From Patescibacteria group bacterium (GTDB taxonomy: Bacteria > Patescibacteriota > UBA1384 > XYA2-FULL-43-10), in contig JBAYVT010000002.1 of the NCBI GenBank assembly GCA_041674405.1, positions 23,158 to 87,157 of the forward strand: a stretch of DNA of 64,000 bases, written 5' to 3'. The notes under the pieces are model-generated. The model had not been told where the DNA came from. It worked only from the letters and a program-made list of their open reading frames with translations, and did no database searches. Shown one piece after another: positions 49,509 to 61,123 of this stretch; position 1 is the stretch's first letter, and every line of letters begins with the position of its first letter. The position numbers were made by a program, and so were the translations under genes.

Positions 49509-50102
49509 ATGTTCGTGATCGACAAAGTTAGAGAGTTCAAACCATGGGAGAAGCCGAGGGCTGACGGGAAGCACAGCATCAGCTTCTTGATCGGGTTTCG
49601 TGCCGTACTTGCGATCCCGATCCAGCACTATGACGCCGTTCTCGGCGGTCTCTACTGCGTCGCCGTCCTCCTGCTTAGAGAGGATGGGGACCATGAGATC
49701 AGAGACCGGTCGAGCGGGCTCTTGGAAATCTTGGCAGGCCGAGAACAGGATAACCTGCCACTTTCCGATCCGGCCAAGCTCGAGATGTTGGTCGGGGTCC
49801 TGTCTTCGATCTCATCCAACTCGACCGCCTACCGGCTGTACAGGAACACGGCAACCCGCAGGGTCGTGATCGTCCGCGAGGAAGGCGAAATCGGCGAAGG
49901 GGCTACAGAGAAACCTGAGAAAAGACCAGCAGGCATCGCTGCCTGGTCCGTCGAAAGGTTCAATGAATGTCTCGCTCGTGGCCACCACCGGTTCGAGGGA
50001 CGCATTCTGGTGAACAACCGAGGGGGCCAGCCTTACGAGCTGATGGTGTGCACTGACTGCAGAGTCACGATCGCAGCGATGCAAGTGATCCCGGGCAAAT
50101 AG
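49509..50102 (+). CDS. island ORF1, 197-aa hypothetical protein (two hydrophobic segments plus a soluble C-terminal part)
   Basis: A long stop-free ORF in GC-rich sequence with a strong SD. The track ORF starts at 49437, but that ATG lies inside the promoter. Confidence 0.55.
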   Translation: MFVIDKVREFKPWEKPRADGKHSISFLIGFRAVLAIPIQHYDAVLGGLYCVAVLLLREDGDHEIRDRSSGLLEILAGREQDNLPLSDPAKLEMLVGVLSSISSNSTAYRLYRNTATRRVVIVREEGEIGEGATEKPEKRPAGIAAWSVERFNECLARGHHRFEGRILVNNRGGQPYELMVCTDCRVTIAAMQVIPGK

Positions 50103-50128
50103 CCCAAGAAGGAGGATAGAGCCGAGCG

Positions 50129-50165
50129 GCCCCGATTCAATTCGGGGTCGTTCTGCGTTTTATCC
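50129..50165 (+). terminator. weak hairpin gccccga-ttcaat-tcggggt followed by ...gcgtttt
   Basis: Seen in sequence. Confidence 0.35.
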
Positions 50166-50246
50166 ACAGCAATATTTTTGACAGCGGTATATATCAAGTG
50201 GTAAGTCTAAAATAGATCGTATTACTTCCGCATCGGGGTGATTTTG

Positions 50247-50639
50247 ATGGGAAGTTCGTCAGGTCGGCGTCGACGCCCGTCTTCGGTATGGAAGCAAGCA
50301 TACCGCGCGAATGGTAAAGCTCACAAGCTCACCAAGTCGGGCGAAGACGAGAAGGCTGCCGAGGCGTTTTACCAGAAGGTAGGCTGTGTCTGCGAGACAT
50401 CGCTTACCCCAGGCTTTACGCAATGGCAATGGGATCCTGTCGTAGAAGCCGTCTCGGTATCTCTAGCACACCCGCCGAAGAAAGAACGGCACAAGCGACT
50501 CCATGTTCCTCCAGACGTACTGGAGGAATACATCAGAGGGAACGGCTTTTCAAGCCGCGAAAGGAACTTCCTTCTGAAGCGCCTTCGGCAAGTACTTCGG
50601 TACCGAGAGAAAGGCGCTCCCCAACCTTACGTTCGGTAG
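50247..50639 (+). CDS. island ORF2, ~131-aa very basic hypothetical protein (MGSSSGRRRRPSS...KRLRQVLRYREK)
   Basis: Stop-free in GC-rich sequence. TTGACA at about 50176 upstream. Weak SD (ggggtg). Confidence 0.45.
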   Translation: MGSSSGRRRRPSSVWKQAYRANGKAHKLTKSGEDEKAAEAFYQKVGCVCETSLTPGFTQWQWDPVVEAVSVSLAHPPKKERHKRLHVPPDVLEEYIRGNGFSSRERNFLLKRLRQVLRYREKGAPQPYVR

Positions 50640-50671
50640 GCAACCCTACTCTATCAACCCCGCAGTAACCT

Positions 50672-50710
50672 CGCGCGGGCCATCCGTGGCTCGCGCGTTC
50701 CCCGTTTTTT
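50672..50710 (+). terminator. intrinsic terminator cgcgcgggcc-atccgt-ggctcgcgcg followed by ttccccgtttttt
   Basis: Seen in sequence. Confidence 0.65.
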
Positions 50711-50721
50711 AGTACAAAATT

Positions 50722-53438
<2,717 letters not shown>

Positions 53439-53445
53439 AGCCGTA

Positions 53446-54348
53446 TTATACGCTCATCTTGTTAAGCGCAGCAATTCTTTCTGAAATCGGCGGATGGGTG
53501 GAAAATATTTTTTGAAAATACGATTCTTTCTTTCCAAACGGATCAGAAATATAAAGATGAGCGGTGGCACCGGAAACTTTTCGCATTGGGCGTGAATATC
53601 CGCCAATCTTTTTTAATGCTCCCGCCAAACCTTCGGGATAACGGGTCAGAAGTGCTCCGGATGAGTCGGCCAAGAATTCCCGTTTTCTCGAAATTGCCAG
53701 CTGAATTAACGTTGCCGCAATCGGAGCCAAGATTGCTGCCACAAGAGCCACTATTAAGAGAATCGCCTGAAGCTGTCCATCACCCCCCGAATCACGATTT
53801 CTCCCCCCAAAACCAAACCATCGCGAACGCAGAAACAAGTCTGATAATAAGGTAATGACACCAACCAAAACGACGACAATCATCATAAGGCGTGTGTCAT
53901 AATTGCCAACATGCGATAATTCGTGCGCAATCACACCTTCCAATTCGTTTTTATCAAGGATATCCAAAAGTCCTGTAGTTACTGCCAAAGACGCATGTTT
54001 AGGATCCCGACCAGTGGCAAAAGCATTCGGTGCATCGTCGGAAATGATATAAATCTCCGGCATCGGAAGGCCCGCTGTAATGGTAAGATTTTCAACAATG
54101 CGAAATAATGGCTCATTGCTTTTGCGATTAAGCTTTTGCGCCCCAGATATTGATAATGCAATTTTGTCACCAGAAAAATAACTCAAAAGCCCTTGAATTA
54201 AGGCTATCACAATCGCGAAGTACAGAATAACCGGCGAGTTGAAAGCATAAGAAAAAACAAAACCAAGAGCAATGACAATAACAACGAAGAATAACAAAAG
54301 TATTCCCGACCTCCATTTATTGGTATCGATGTTTTGATAGATTGTCAT
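53446..54348 (-). CDS. htpX: zinc metalloprotease HtpX (M48)
   Basis: HELSHV HExxH plus TM topology. Confidence 0.85.
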   Translation of the reverse strand: MTIYQNIDTNKWRSGILLLFFVVIVIALGFVFSYAFNSPVILYFAIVIALIQGLLSYFSGDKIALSISGAQKLNRKSNEPLFRIVENLTITAGLPMPEIYIISDDAPNAFATGRDPKHASLAVTTGLLDILDKNELEGVIAHELSHVGNYDTRLMMIVVVLVGVITLLSDLFLRSRWFGFGGRNRDSGGDGQLQAILLIVALVAAILAPIAATLIQLAISRKREFLADSSGALLTRYPEGLAGALKKIGGYSRPMRKVSGATAHLYISDPFGKKESYFQKIFSTHPPISERIAALNKMSV

Positions 54349-54354
54349 TACGAC

Positions 54355-54657
54355 CTAAAAAATTATGTGTTCAATTTTTTTGCCAACAACAGGAAGAGGT
54401 TTGATTTGGCCTTTTAGGGCTGCAATTATTCCAAGAATCATAACTACAAGGTTGAAAAGTGCCAAAATCGGGCCGAGAACCCAACCTATCAGCGGGATAG
54501 CCAGCACAAAAGGAACCGCTGCCCACAAAAGAAGCAGGACCGTCCCTTGCTTTGCGTGATAAAAGACATAATCGTCATCACGATAAAATAAGAGTGGAAT
54601 TACAACTAAAATTAGCAGATAACAAAGAACAGCAGCCATAATGCTAGTCTTTCTCAA
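54355..54657 (-). CDS. DUF4870-like small membrane protein
   Basis: FYHAKQGTVLLLL core. 3 TM segments. Confidence 0.45.
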   Translation of the reverse strand: MRKTSIMAAVLCYLLILVVIPLLFYRDDDYVFYHAKQGTVLLLLWAAVPFVLAIPLIGWVLGPILALFNLVVMILGIIAALKGQIKPLPVVGKKIEHIIF

Positions 54658-54684
54658 GGTAGCCTCCCGCTAAATTACAAAAAA

Positions 54685-55026
54685 TTATTTAATCAAGCGA
54701 ATTGCAAATGGATATTTGTAATCTTCACCTTTGGATACGGCAACAGCAGCCATGATGCAGAAGATCAAGTTGACGATCGCGACCGCTGAAACGATCAAAG
54801 TTCCGATCAAGATTATTGTCAAAATCCATCCAATGATATAGCCGATAAGCACCGTAATTTGGAAATTCAAAGCTTCCTTGGCTTGGTTTTTGACATAACC
54901 CTCTTCCGGTTTTGTAAGATAAATTACAAGCGGACCAATAAACCCGATTACAATACCTAAAACATGTGCCAAAATTGCAAGAGTATTATCTTCGCTCTTG
55001 CTTGGCGCTGGTTTTTCTTCTGGCAT
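54685..55026 (-). CDS. DUF4870-like small membrane protein (tandem paralogue)
   Basis: ILAHVLGIVIGFIGPLVIY...NQAKEAL. Confidence 0.45.
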   Translation of the reverse strand: MPEEKPAPSKSEDNTLAILAHVLGIVIGFIGPLVIYLTKPEEGYVKNQAKEALNFQITVLIGYIIGWILTIILIGTLIVSAVAIVNLIFCIMAAVAVSKGEDYKYPFAIRLIK

Positions 55027-55052
55027 ACAAACTCCCTTAAATTATTTAATAT

Positions 55053-55613
55053 TTAGCTAAAATTAACCTTAGCTGGCTGTTTCTCCGCTTCATTCTCAAC
55101 TTCAAATAATTCCTTAGACTTAAAGCCAAACATCGAAGCAATAATGTTCGAGGGGAAACTTTGGATAGCAATGTTTAGTTCGCGAACATTGCCATTGTAA
55201 AACCTGCGGGCAGCCTGAATTTTATCTTCTGTGTCTGTAAGCTCGTCCTGCAGTTTGCCAAAGTTTTCATTGGCTTTGAGCTGTGGGTAGTTTTCAGCAA
55301 TTGCGAAAATTGATTTAAGGGCTTCGGAAATTTGATTTTCCGCCTTACCCTTTTCCGTAAGATTTCCAGCTTTAAGCGCATCTGCACGTGCCTTGGTCAC
55401 ATTTTCAAAAACTTCTTTTTCATGTTTTTCGTAACCTTTGACTGTTTCGACTAAGTTGGGAATCAGGTCATACCTACGTTTCAACTGAACATCAATATCA
55501 CTCCACGCCTCTTCGGATCGAACTTTCAAGGTAACAAGCTTGTTGTAGCCAGCAATCAAAGCAATAAGTATTATTGCTACGATTATAATTATGATCCAAA
55601 CAGCTATCGACAT
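55053..55613 (-). CDS. lemA: LemA family protein
   Basis: N-terminal TM segment. RRYDLIPNLVETVKGY. Confidence 0.8.
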   Translation of the reverse strand: MSIAVWIIIIIVAIILIALIAGYNKLVTLKVRSEEAWSDIDVQLKRRYDLIPNLVETVKGYEKHEKEVFENVTKARADALKAGNLTEKGKAENQISEALKSIFAIAENYPQLKANENFGKLQDELTDTEDKIQAARRFYNGNVRELNIAIQSFPSNIIASMFGFKSKELFEVENEAEKQPAKVNFS

Positions 55614-55671
55614 AATATTCCTTTTTTATGAACTTCGTTCTACAGACTCATAACTCAATATGCCTTAACTC

Positions 55672-58053
55672 TCAATTATTATACACATAATGCAAGTATA
55701 TGTCACCAGATTTTGTTATTTCTTTGTCATTTAAATTCTCGAATCGGGCTGAAAGCCGGAATGTTTTACCATCAGATACATAGCCATAAAACCAGCCCTC
55801 AGACGATTTTGGATCTGCCGGAATCACATCGATATAAGTTGGCACAATTGCCTTTTCGACTAGATTGCCAGCCGTATTTATATTAAGCAAGGCCGAAGAT
55901 ATCGGATATTTACCATATTTTTGCTTATAAGCTTCAAGACCGCCTTTGATTTTGGCAAGATCTGATCTGCGTAAATTGTCATTTGTTTCTGCCGTTGACG
56001 CTTGTGCGTTGCTTGAAGACCCGTAAGTGCTGCCAGGGGTAGTATCCGAGCTTGATGATGAAGAACTCGTTGCAATTTCTATTTTATCACCAAGGCTTGG
56101 TATCGTAATGGTATTTTCTACATCGTAACCGGAAAAGTCTATATTTATCTCAGCCCGTGTTACAGAAGAAGAAATAGATGGGATGATAATCAGGTCAGCT
56201 TTGTGTATGAGATGGTCTGAAATTCCAATCCAAATATTGCCATCGATTTTTTGTACCATTTCACTCTTTATCCCTAATTTATCAAATATTCCGCCGATTT
56301 CAAGTTTGTCTATCTGGTAATTGTAACATCGTACTCCTCCGATTTTCTCGTTAGCAACACGGCTACCAATGATGGAAAAACCTTGGTCTGGTTTGGCTGC
56401 ATAGAATTGGGACATAGCATTTCCACTATCTGCCAGTGCCGAAAGTTTATAATCAAGCCACTTGTTCGGGTCTGCTTTTTCGTTAAATTTTATATCACTT
56501 CCCGCTTTAACATATAAATCGTTGGCTGAATTCAACAAAGAAATTTTGCTGTCTGATCCTACTAATTTTTTAACTGTGATGTCCAGAGAGAATGCATTTT
56601 TGTTGGACGAACCAGAAAACGTAAAATCCAGCTGCTTTACTGTGGTTTCTTGTGATTGGTAGCTTGGATAAGAAGACTGGTCCCCTAAATTAGTTGTGGA
56701 ATTGGTGGCAGAATTATTTGCCGAATTTGAATTGTCCGTTGCGGAGTCAACAGATGGTGTAGAAGAATATGACGAACTACCATAAATATCGGATGCTGTA
56801 GAATCCGTGCTCGTCGAAGAATCACCAGAATAATAGCTTTCGTATTGGGCCAATACTCCGGAAATTGAATTGCTTATTTCGCTGTCAGATAGTGCATAAG
56901 GAAGGGCAATGGCCGACACAAGCGGCGAGGTTATGTTTGAATTTATTGTTTTATTGACGGTCAGAGACAAGGTTCCGGACATTTTAAAATTCGGATGATT
57001 TTGATTGTTGGCAACTGCTATTGCTAGAGCTTTTTCTGGATTTTTTGGCAGGCCACCCCACAAGTTCTCAAGGCCAATAGCACCATAAATATTTTCGAGC
57101 CCCAATGACATTACGCCGGCTTCGGTTAAAAACGTGACCGCCACAATCAACAGAATTGCGCACGAAGTAATTACAAAAGCCGGCCTTTTCAAAAGGGGTG
57201 GTTTACTGCTTTTGGCAAACTGGGGAGCTGCACCCACCTGCTTAGCACCCGATTGCATAGGTTTCACAGGCGCACCGGAAACAGAAGGCATTTTTGCGTA
57301 TGGCGGAACAGCAGCCGTTGTATTATTCGTCTTTGCTTGGCTGGGATTTACCGGTAACGTTGGCAAAACCGGCTCACCCACGGGCTTTTCGGAAGAAGGT
57401 TTGCGTTTTTTAAAAAATCCAAATATACCGGCCTTCTTGGGCTTGTTAATAGATGGCATATCCGAAGAAACCGGCTTATTAATTTCCGGCTGCTTGATAT
57501 CACTTAGAGAATTATTTGTAGTTTTTTGGGTATTGACCGGTTGTTGAGGCAGTGGCGGCATTGCCGCATCTTCCAATTGTTTTCCATCAGGCGTCGATAA
57601 ATCAATAACCGGTGGCGAGGATTTTTCTTGGGGCAAATTTTCAGTAACATCGGGCTTGCTTGCATTTTCGACAATCTGATTTCCAGCAGGATCAATCTTT
57701 GGTTGTGGTTGCTCTAAAAGAGGGCCAACGGGCGTAGTTTCTGGTTTAGCCATTTCGGCTGTTTCGGTTGCCTTTTTGGAGGCTACTTCTGGTGCAGTAT
57801 TTGGTTTATTTGCCGGCACAGAAGCTTGGTCATTGGCAGCAACAGACGAAGCAGGAATTTTTTTGCCAACCTGCTCGTCAATCTCCTTGGGAATGTTAAA
57901 AGGAACGGGTTTTTCCTCCGGTTCATTAGAAACATTTTCATTATCCAATGTTCCGACAATTTTGGGCTTATTTCCTTCTTCGGGAAGATCAACTGGGTCG
58001 TCCCAGGGACTGCCTCCGGTTCCCGAAGCGGTATTTGTATCGTCTAGGTCCAT
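55672..58053 (-). CDS. large (793 aa) low-complexity Pro/Ser/Thr-rich membrane-anchored surface protein with a pilin-like C-terminal segment
   Basis: Disordered N-terminal ~290 aa. TM segment (FVITSCAILLIVAVTFL). S/T/N-rich repeats. C-terminal DLAKIKGGLEAYKQKYGKYP. Confidence 0.5.
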   Translation of the reverse strand: MDLDDTNTASGTGGSPWDDPVDLPEEGNKPKIVGTLDNENVSNEPEEKPVPFNIPKEIDEQVGKKIPASSVAANDQASVPANKPNTAPEVASKKATETAEMAKPETTPVGPLLEQPQPKIDPAGNQIVENASKPDVTENLPQEKSSPPVIDLSTPDGKQLEDAAMPPLPQQPVNTQKTTNNSLSDIKQPEINKPVSSDMPSINKPKKAGIFGFFKKRKPSSEKPVGEPVLPTLPVNPSQAKTNNTTAAVPPYAKMPSVSGAPVKPMQSGAKQVGAAPQFAKSSKPPLLKRPAFVITSCAILLIVAVTFLTEAGVMSLGLENIYGAIGLENLWGGLPKNPEKALAIAVANNQNHPNFKMSGTLSLTVNKTINSNITSPLVSAIALPYALSDSEISNSISGVLAQYESYYSGDSSTSTDSTASDIYGSSSYSSTPSVDSATDNSNSANNSATNSTTNLGDQSSYPSYQSQETTVKQLDFTFSGSSNKNAFSLDITVKKLVGSDSKISLLNSANDLYVKAGSDIKFNEKADPNKWLDYKLSALADSGNAMSQFYAAKPDQGFSIIGSRVANEKIGGVRCYNYQIDKLEIGGIFDKLGIKSEMVQKIDGNIWIGISDHLIHKADLIIIPSISSSVTRAEINIDFSGYDVENTITIPSLGDKIEIATSSSSSSSDTTPGSTYGSSSNAQASTAETNDNLRRSDLAKIKGGLEAYKQKYGKYPISSALLNINTAGNLVEKAIVPTYIDVIPADPKSSEGWFYGYVSDGKTFRLSARFENLNDKEITKSGDIYLHYVYNN

Positions 58054-58117
58054 TACCCCTCACTGCTAATCATGCATATTATAAGATTAATCGCACCTAA
58101 GAACAAGCCTTGGCGGT

Positions 58118-58552
58118 TCATTTCAATTCAATTTTAACCATAAGCTCAAATTCTTTTCCTCCAATAACGATTTTTACCGAATGATCCCCTTCGTCTTTGA
58201 GCGCCCCCTTTAAGTTAACTTTTTCTGCGTGTATTTGATATTTTTCGGCAAGCTCGTCTTCTATTTTCTTGGCATTTATGCCGGTATAGGCTTTTTTACC
58301 CTTTTCCGCTTTAAGGACAAAGTTCAAATTTAAATTTTGAATTGATTCCGCCAAATCTTTCGAACGGCTTTCGTCTTCCTCTTTCTCTTTGTTTATAAGA
58401 TATTCTGATTCCAATTTTTTGGCACGTGAATCAGTAGCATAAAATGCCAGCCCTTTTGGAATCAGATAATTTCGCGCAAATCCCGGCTTAACATTCCTGC
58501 GCTCTCCCAACTCCCCTATACCTTCTAATTTCTTGGTAAAAATTACTTCCAT
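58118..58552 (-). CDS. rplI: 50S ribosomal protein L9
   Basis: MEVIFTKKLEGIGELGERRNVKPGFARNYLIPKGLA. Confidence 0.85.
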   Translation of the reverse strand: MEVIFTKKLEGIGELGERRNVKPGFARNYLIPKGLAFYATDSRAKKLESEYLINKEKEEDESRSKDLAESIQNLNLNFVLKAEKGKKAYTGINAKKIEDELAEKYQIHAEKVNLKGALKDEGDHSVKIVIGGKEFELMVKIELK

Positions 58553-58556
58553 AAAC

Positions 58557-59789
58557 CTACTTCTTTAATAAATATTGTAAAGCACCCGATAAAATATTGT
58601 CGTCTGAAGCATTTGTGTCAGCCTTAATCTCCAAATCCGGCTTAATTCCAACTTTATCAATCGTATTCCCATTCGGCGTAAGCCATTTTGCAATCGTGAC
58701 CTTGATGGCTGAGCCGTCTTTTAGCTCCTCCAGTATTTGTACGCTTCCCTTGCCAAAAGTTGTTGTACCGATGATCTCACCACGCGCTCTGTCCTTAATT
58801 GCGCCAGCCAATATCTCAGCCGCTGAAGCCGATCCATCATTCACCATAACAGCCAAAGGATAATCCTTGAGTGTCGCCCGCCTTATGGTTTTATAATCCT
58901 TCTTCTTGTTGTCTTTTTCAACTTCAGAGACCACATTTCCGCCATCCAAGAAATAGCTGGCGACATCGACTGCACTATCAAGATAACCACCAGGATTGTT
59001 CCTAAGATCCAGAACAATTCCATCGGGTTTATTTTTTAAAATATCATTCGCAATGCCATCAAACAGGTTATTAGTATCATCACCAAATTGTCGGATTGTC
59101 ACATATGCAAATTTCTTGCCATCCAATGTCTTATATTCCAGCGTAACCGATGGAACCGTGATTTTTTCTCTGGTAACCCTGATTGTAATATTTTGATCCT
59201 GTCCAGGCCTCGATAATACTAATGTTACATCCGTGCCGCTTGTTCCTCTGATTTTATCAATCGTGCCTTGGAAGCCGAGATCAAAAGCATTTTGCCCGTC
59301 TACTGAAATTATCACGTCTTTTGCCTTGATTCCGGCTTTCTCCGCCGGAGAGTCAGGGAGAGGGGCAACAATGGTTAAGGAGTTATTTACTTCGGTAACC
59401 TCCACGCCGATCCCTTCAAATTGTCCGGACATATCTTCTTGAAATTTTTTGTTTTCCTCTGGGGTAAAGTACACGGTATAAGGATCATTTAGCGAATTTA
59501 GCATGCCTGAAATTGCGCCATAAACAAGGTTTTGGGGATTTATTGTATCAACCGAGTCTTGATTCAATTTGTTCCAAGCATCCCAAAAAGTTGAAAAATC
59601 GACATTTGCCGGCTTACCGGTATCGGTATTTACTACACTCGCCGGAACAAAGGGAATGTTAAGATCGATGCCCTTTTTCCCGGTGGTATATCCCGATATA
59701 AAAGCGCCCGATAGTACGATTATCAGGACAAGAAAATACAACAAACATTTAGCCCAAATTTGTTTAGGCCATTTTTTCTTTATTTTCAT
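58557..59789 (-). CDS. ctpA: S41 carboxyl-terminal processing peptidase with a PDZ domain
   Basis: NPGGYLDSAV, DGSASAAEIL and FGKGSVQ motifs. Confidence 0.8.
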   Translation of the reverse strand: MKIKKKWPKQIWAKCLLYFLVLIIVLSGAFISGYTTGKKGIDLNIPFVPASVVNTDTGKPANVDFSTFWDAWNKLNQDSVDTINPQNLVYGAISGMLNSLNDPYTVYFTPEENKKFQEDMSGQFEGIGVEVTEVNNSLTIVAPLPDSPAEKAGIKAKDVIISVDGQNAFDLGFQGTIDKIRGTSGTDVTLVLSRPGQDQNITIRVTREKITVPSVTLEYKTLDGKKFAYVTIRQFGDDTNNLFDGIANDILKNKPDGIVLDLRNNPGGYLDSAVDVASYFLDGGNVVSEVEKDNKKKDYKTIRRATLKDYPLAVMVNDGSASAAEILAGAIKDRARGEIIGTTTFGKGSVQILEELKDGSAIKVTIAKWLTPNGNTIDKVGIKPDLEIKADTNASDDNILSGALQYLLKK

Positions 59790-59847
59790 GAGATAATTGT
59801 AACCAAATTAGTCTGATAAGTCTAATGGGCTAATTGGGAATTTTTGT

Positions 59848-61026
59848 TTAGTAAATGTAGCTATATCCGCCATAGCGTCCAGGATTTACGTTCTCTCGAT
59901 AGCTATACTTGAATTTAGACCAGTTATACTCCGAAACGTCAATCGTCCCGTCTCCATTTATCGCTTGCACAATCGCAACGTGACCGTACGGCATAGAAGT
60001 AGATTTTTGCCAACTAATAATTGCGCCGACACGGGGGGTGGAAGAAACGCTGTATCCTTGGTCGCCAGCAAGAACAGGCCAATTTGCCGCATCTCCATTA
60101 CCAGGCCGAGTATTATGCCAAGCTTTACCTTCCATTACATTAAAATACCATGATGCATATGATGTACATTCTCTCACCAAGAAACCATATCCAGGAGGAT
60201 CTGGGTCTGGAGTGTCTGGTGTAAGATAACAATACGGGTATCCGCCACACCCTTGGTCTTTTACGATCTCTCCTGCTCCTAGTTTTTGGCGCAATGCATA
60301 AATAGCGTCAGAAAGATTATGGATTTCTGATTTTAATGCCTCAACCCGATCTAAATAGCTCTGCTTTTGAGCCAAGGTTCCGGTAAGTAGGGTGTTTTTA
60401 TAACTCTTCTGTGCTGTTATCGAATTGAAATAACTTTCTTTCTGGTCACGCAAACTTTTCAGTTCTGCCATTTTGCTGTCCTGATCGGCTTTTTGTTTTG
60501 AAAGCTCGTCTTTCATTTCATTAATCTTCTCTGTTTCAGTCTGAATTTGTTGTTTGATAGCATCGTAATATTGCTGTTTGGTGACCGCATCAGATAACGT
60601 GCCTGAAGACAAAAGCGCATAAGTCAAGCCTGAATTATCCCCTTCCATATACCACGAAACGACAATGTTATTTAATTTAATTTTTTCTTCATCCAATTTA
60701 TTTTGCTGTTCCTCAATTTGCCTCGCCAGATCATCAATCGTGGTTTGGGTTTCTGTAATCTGATTTTCGGTAGTATCGATTGCATTTTGAGTTGAGGTGA
60801 TTTGACTATTTAGGTTATTTATTTGTGTGTTTATCGCGTCTGCTTGTTTCTGGGCAGTAGCTGCAGCTGCTGCAGCAGCCGCCGCCTGTTGTTGTTTGGC
60901 CGTCTGTTGCTTCTGCAAATCGGATAAAGAGGTTGCCGATGAGGACAAAGGAATCAAAAAAAGCGCAAAACCAAGTATTAGCGATGCGCCCCAAGTGATA
61001 AATTTTTGTATTTTTTCAACCCTCAC
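59848..61026 (-). CDS. CHAP-domain peptidoglycan hydrolase with a coiled-coil N-terminal region and a poly-Ala/Gln tract
   Basis: QQQAAAAAAAAATAQKQ. C-terminal CTSYASWYF...GHVAIVQ (Cys/His CHAP). Confidence 0.65.
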   Translation of the reverse strand: MRVEKIQKFITWGASLILGFALFLIPLSSSATSLSDLQKQQTAKQQQAAAAAAAAATAQKQADAINTQINNLNSQITSTQNAIDTTENQITETQTTIDDLARQIEEQQNKLDEEKIKLNNIVVSWYMEGDNSGLTYALLSSGTLSDAVTKQQYYDAIKQQIQTETEKINEMKDELSKQKADQDSKMAELKSLRDQKESYFNSITAQKSYKNTLLTGTLAQKQSYLDRVEALKSEIHNLSDAIYALRQKLGAGEIVKDQGCGGYPYCYLTPDTPDPDPPGYGFLVRECTSYASWYFNVMEGKAWHNTRPGNGDAANWPVLAGDQGYSVSSTPRVGAIISWQKSTSMPYGHVAIVQAINGDGTIDVSEYNWSKFKYSYRENVNPGRYGGYSYIY

Positions 61027-61123
61027 TTATTCTTCTTTCCTGTACATATTATTATACTACTTATCATTTAACTGGTCAAGATATTAATATATGTTTCAAA
61101 GTTTTTTACTTTTGAATTTTGGC

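Larger units (their letters stand above)
49465..50713 (+). other. GC-rich (by eye ~55-60%) two-gene island opposite in strand and composition to its flanks
   Basis: Abrupt compositional switch. GC-rich third codon positions. Own promoter(s) and terminators. Confidence 0.6.

Noticed and set aside
49600-50084. Overlapping alternative-frame and antisense ORFs inside the GC-rich island (49600-49869 +, 49812-50084 -, 49829-50017 -, 50423-50668 +)
   Set aside because: Stop-free frames are expected in GC-rich DNA. They lack SD sequences and overlap the longer, SD-preceded ORFs.
50176-50210. Second TTGACA (about 50176) as a full promoter for island ORF2
   Set aside because: A -35 hexamer is present, but no convincing -10 lies at 16-18 nt (gtaagt is the best candidate). 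I kept it only as weak support. ORF2 may instead be read through from the ORF1 promoter, past the weak 50129-50165 terminator.
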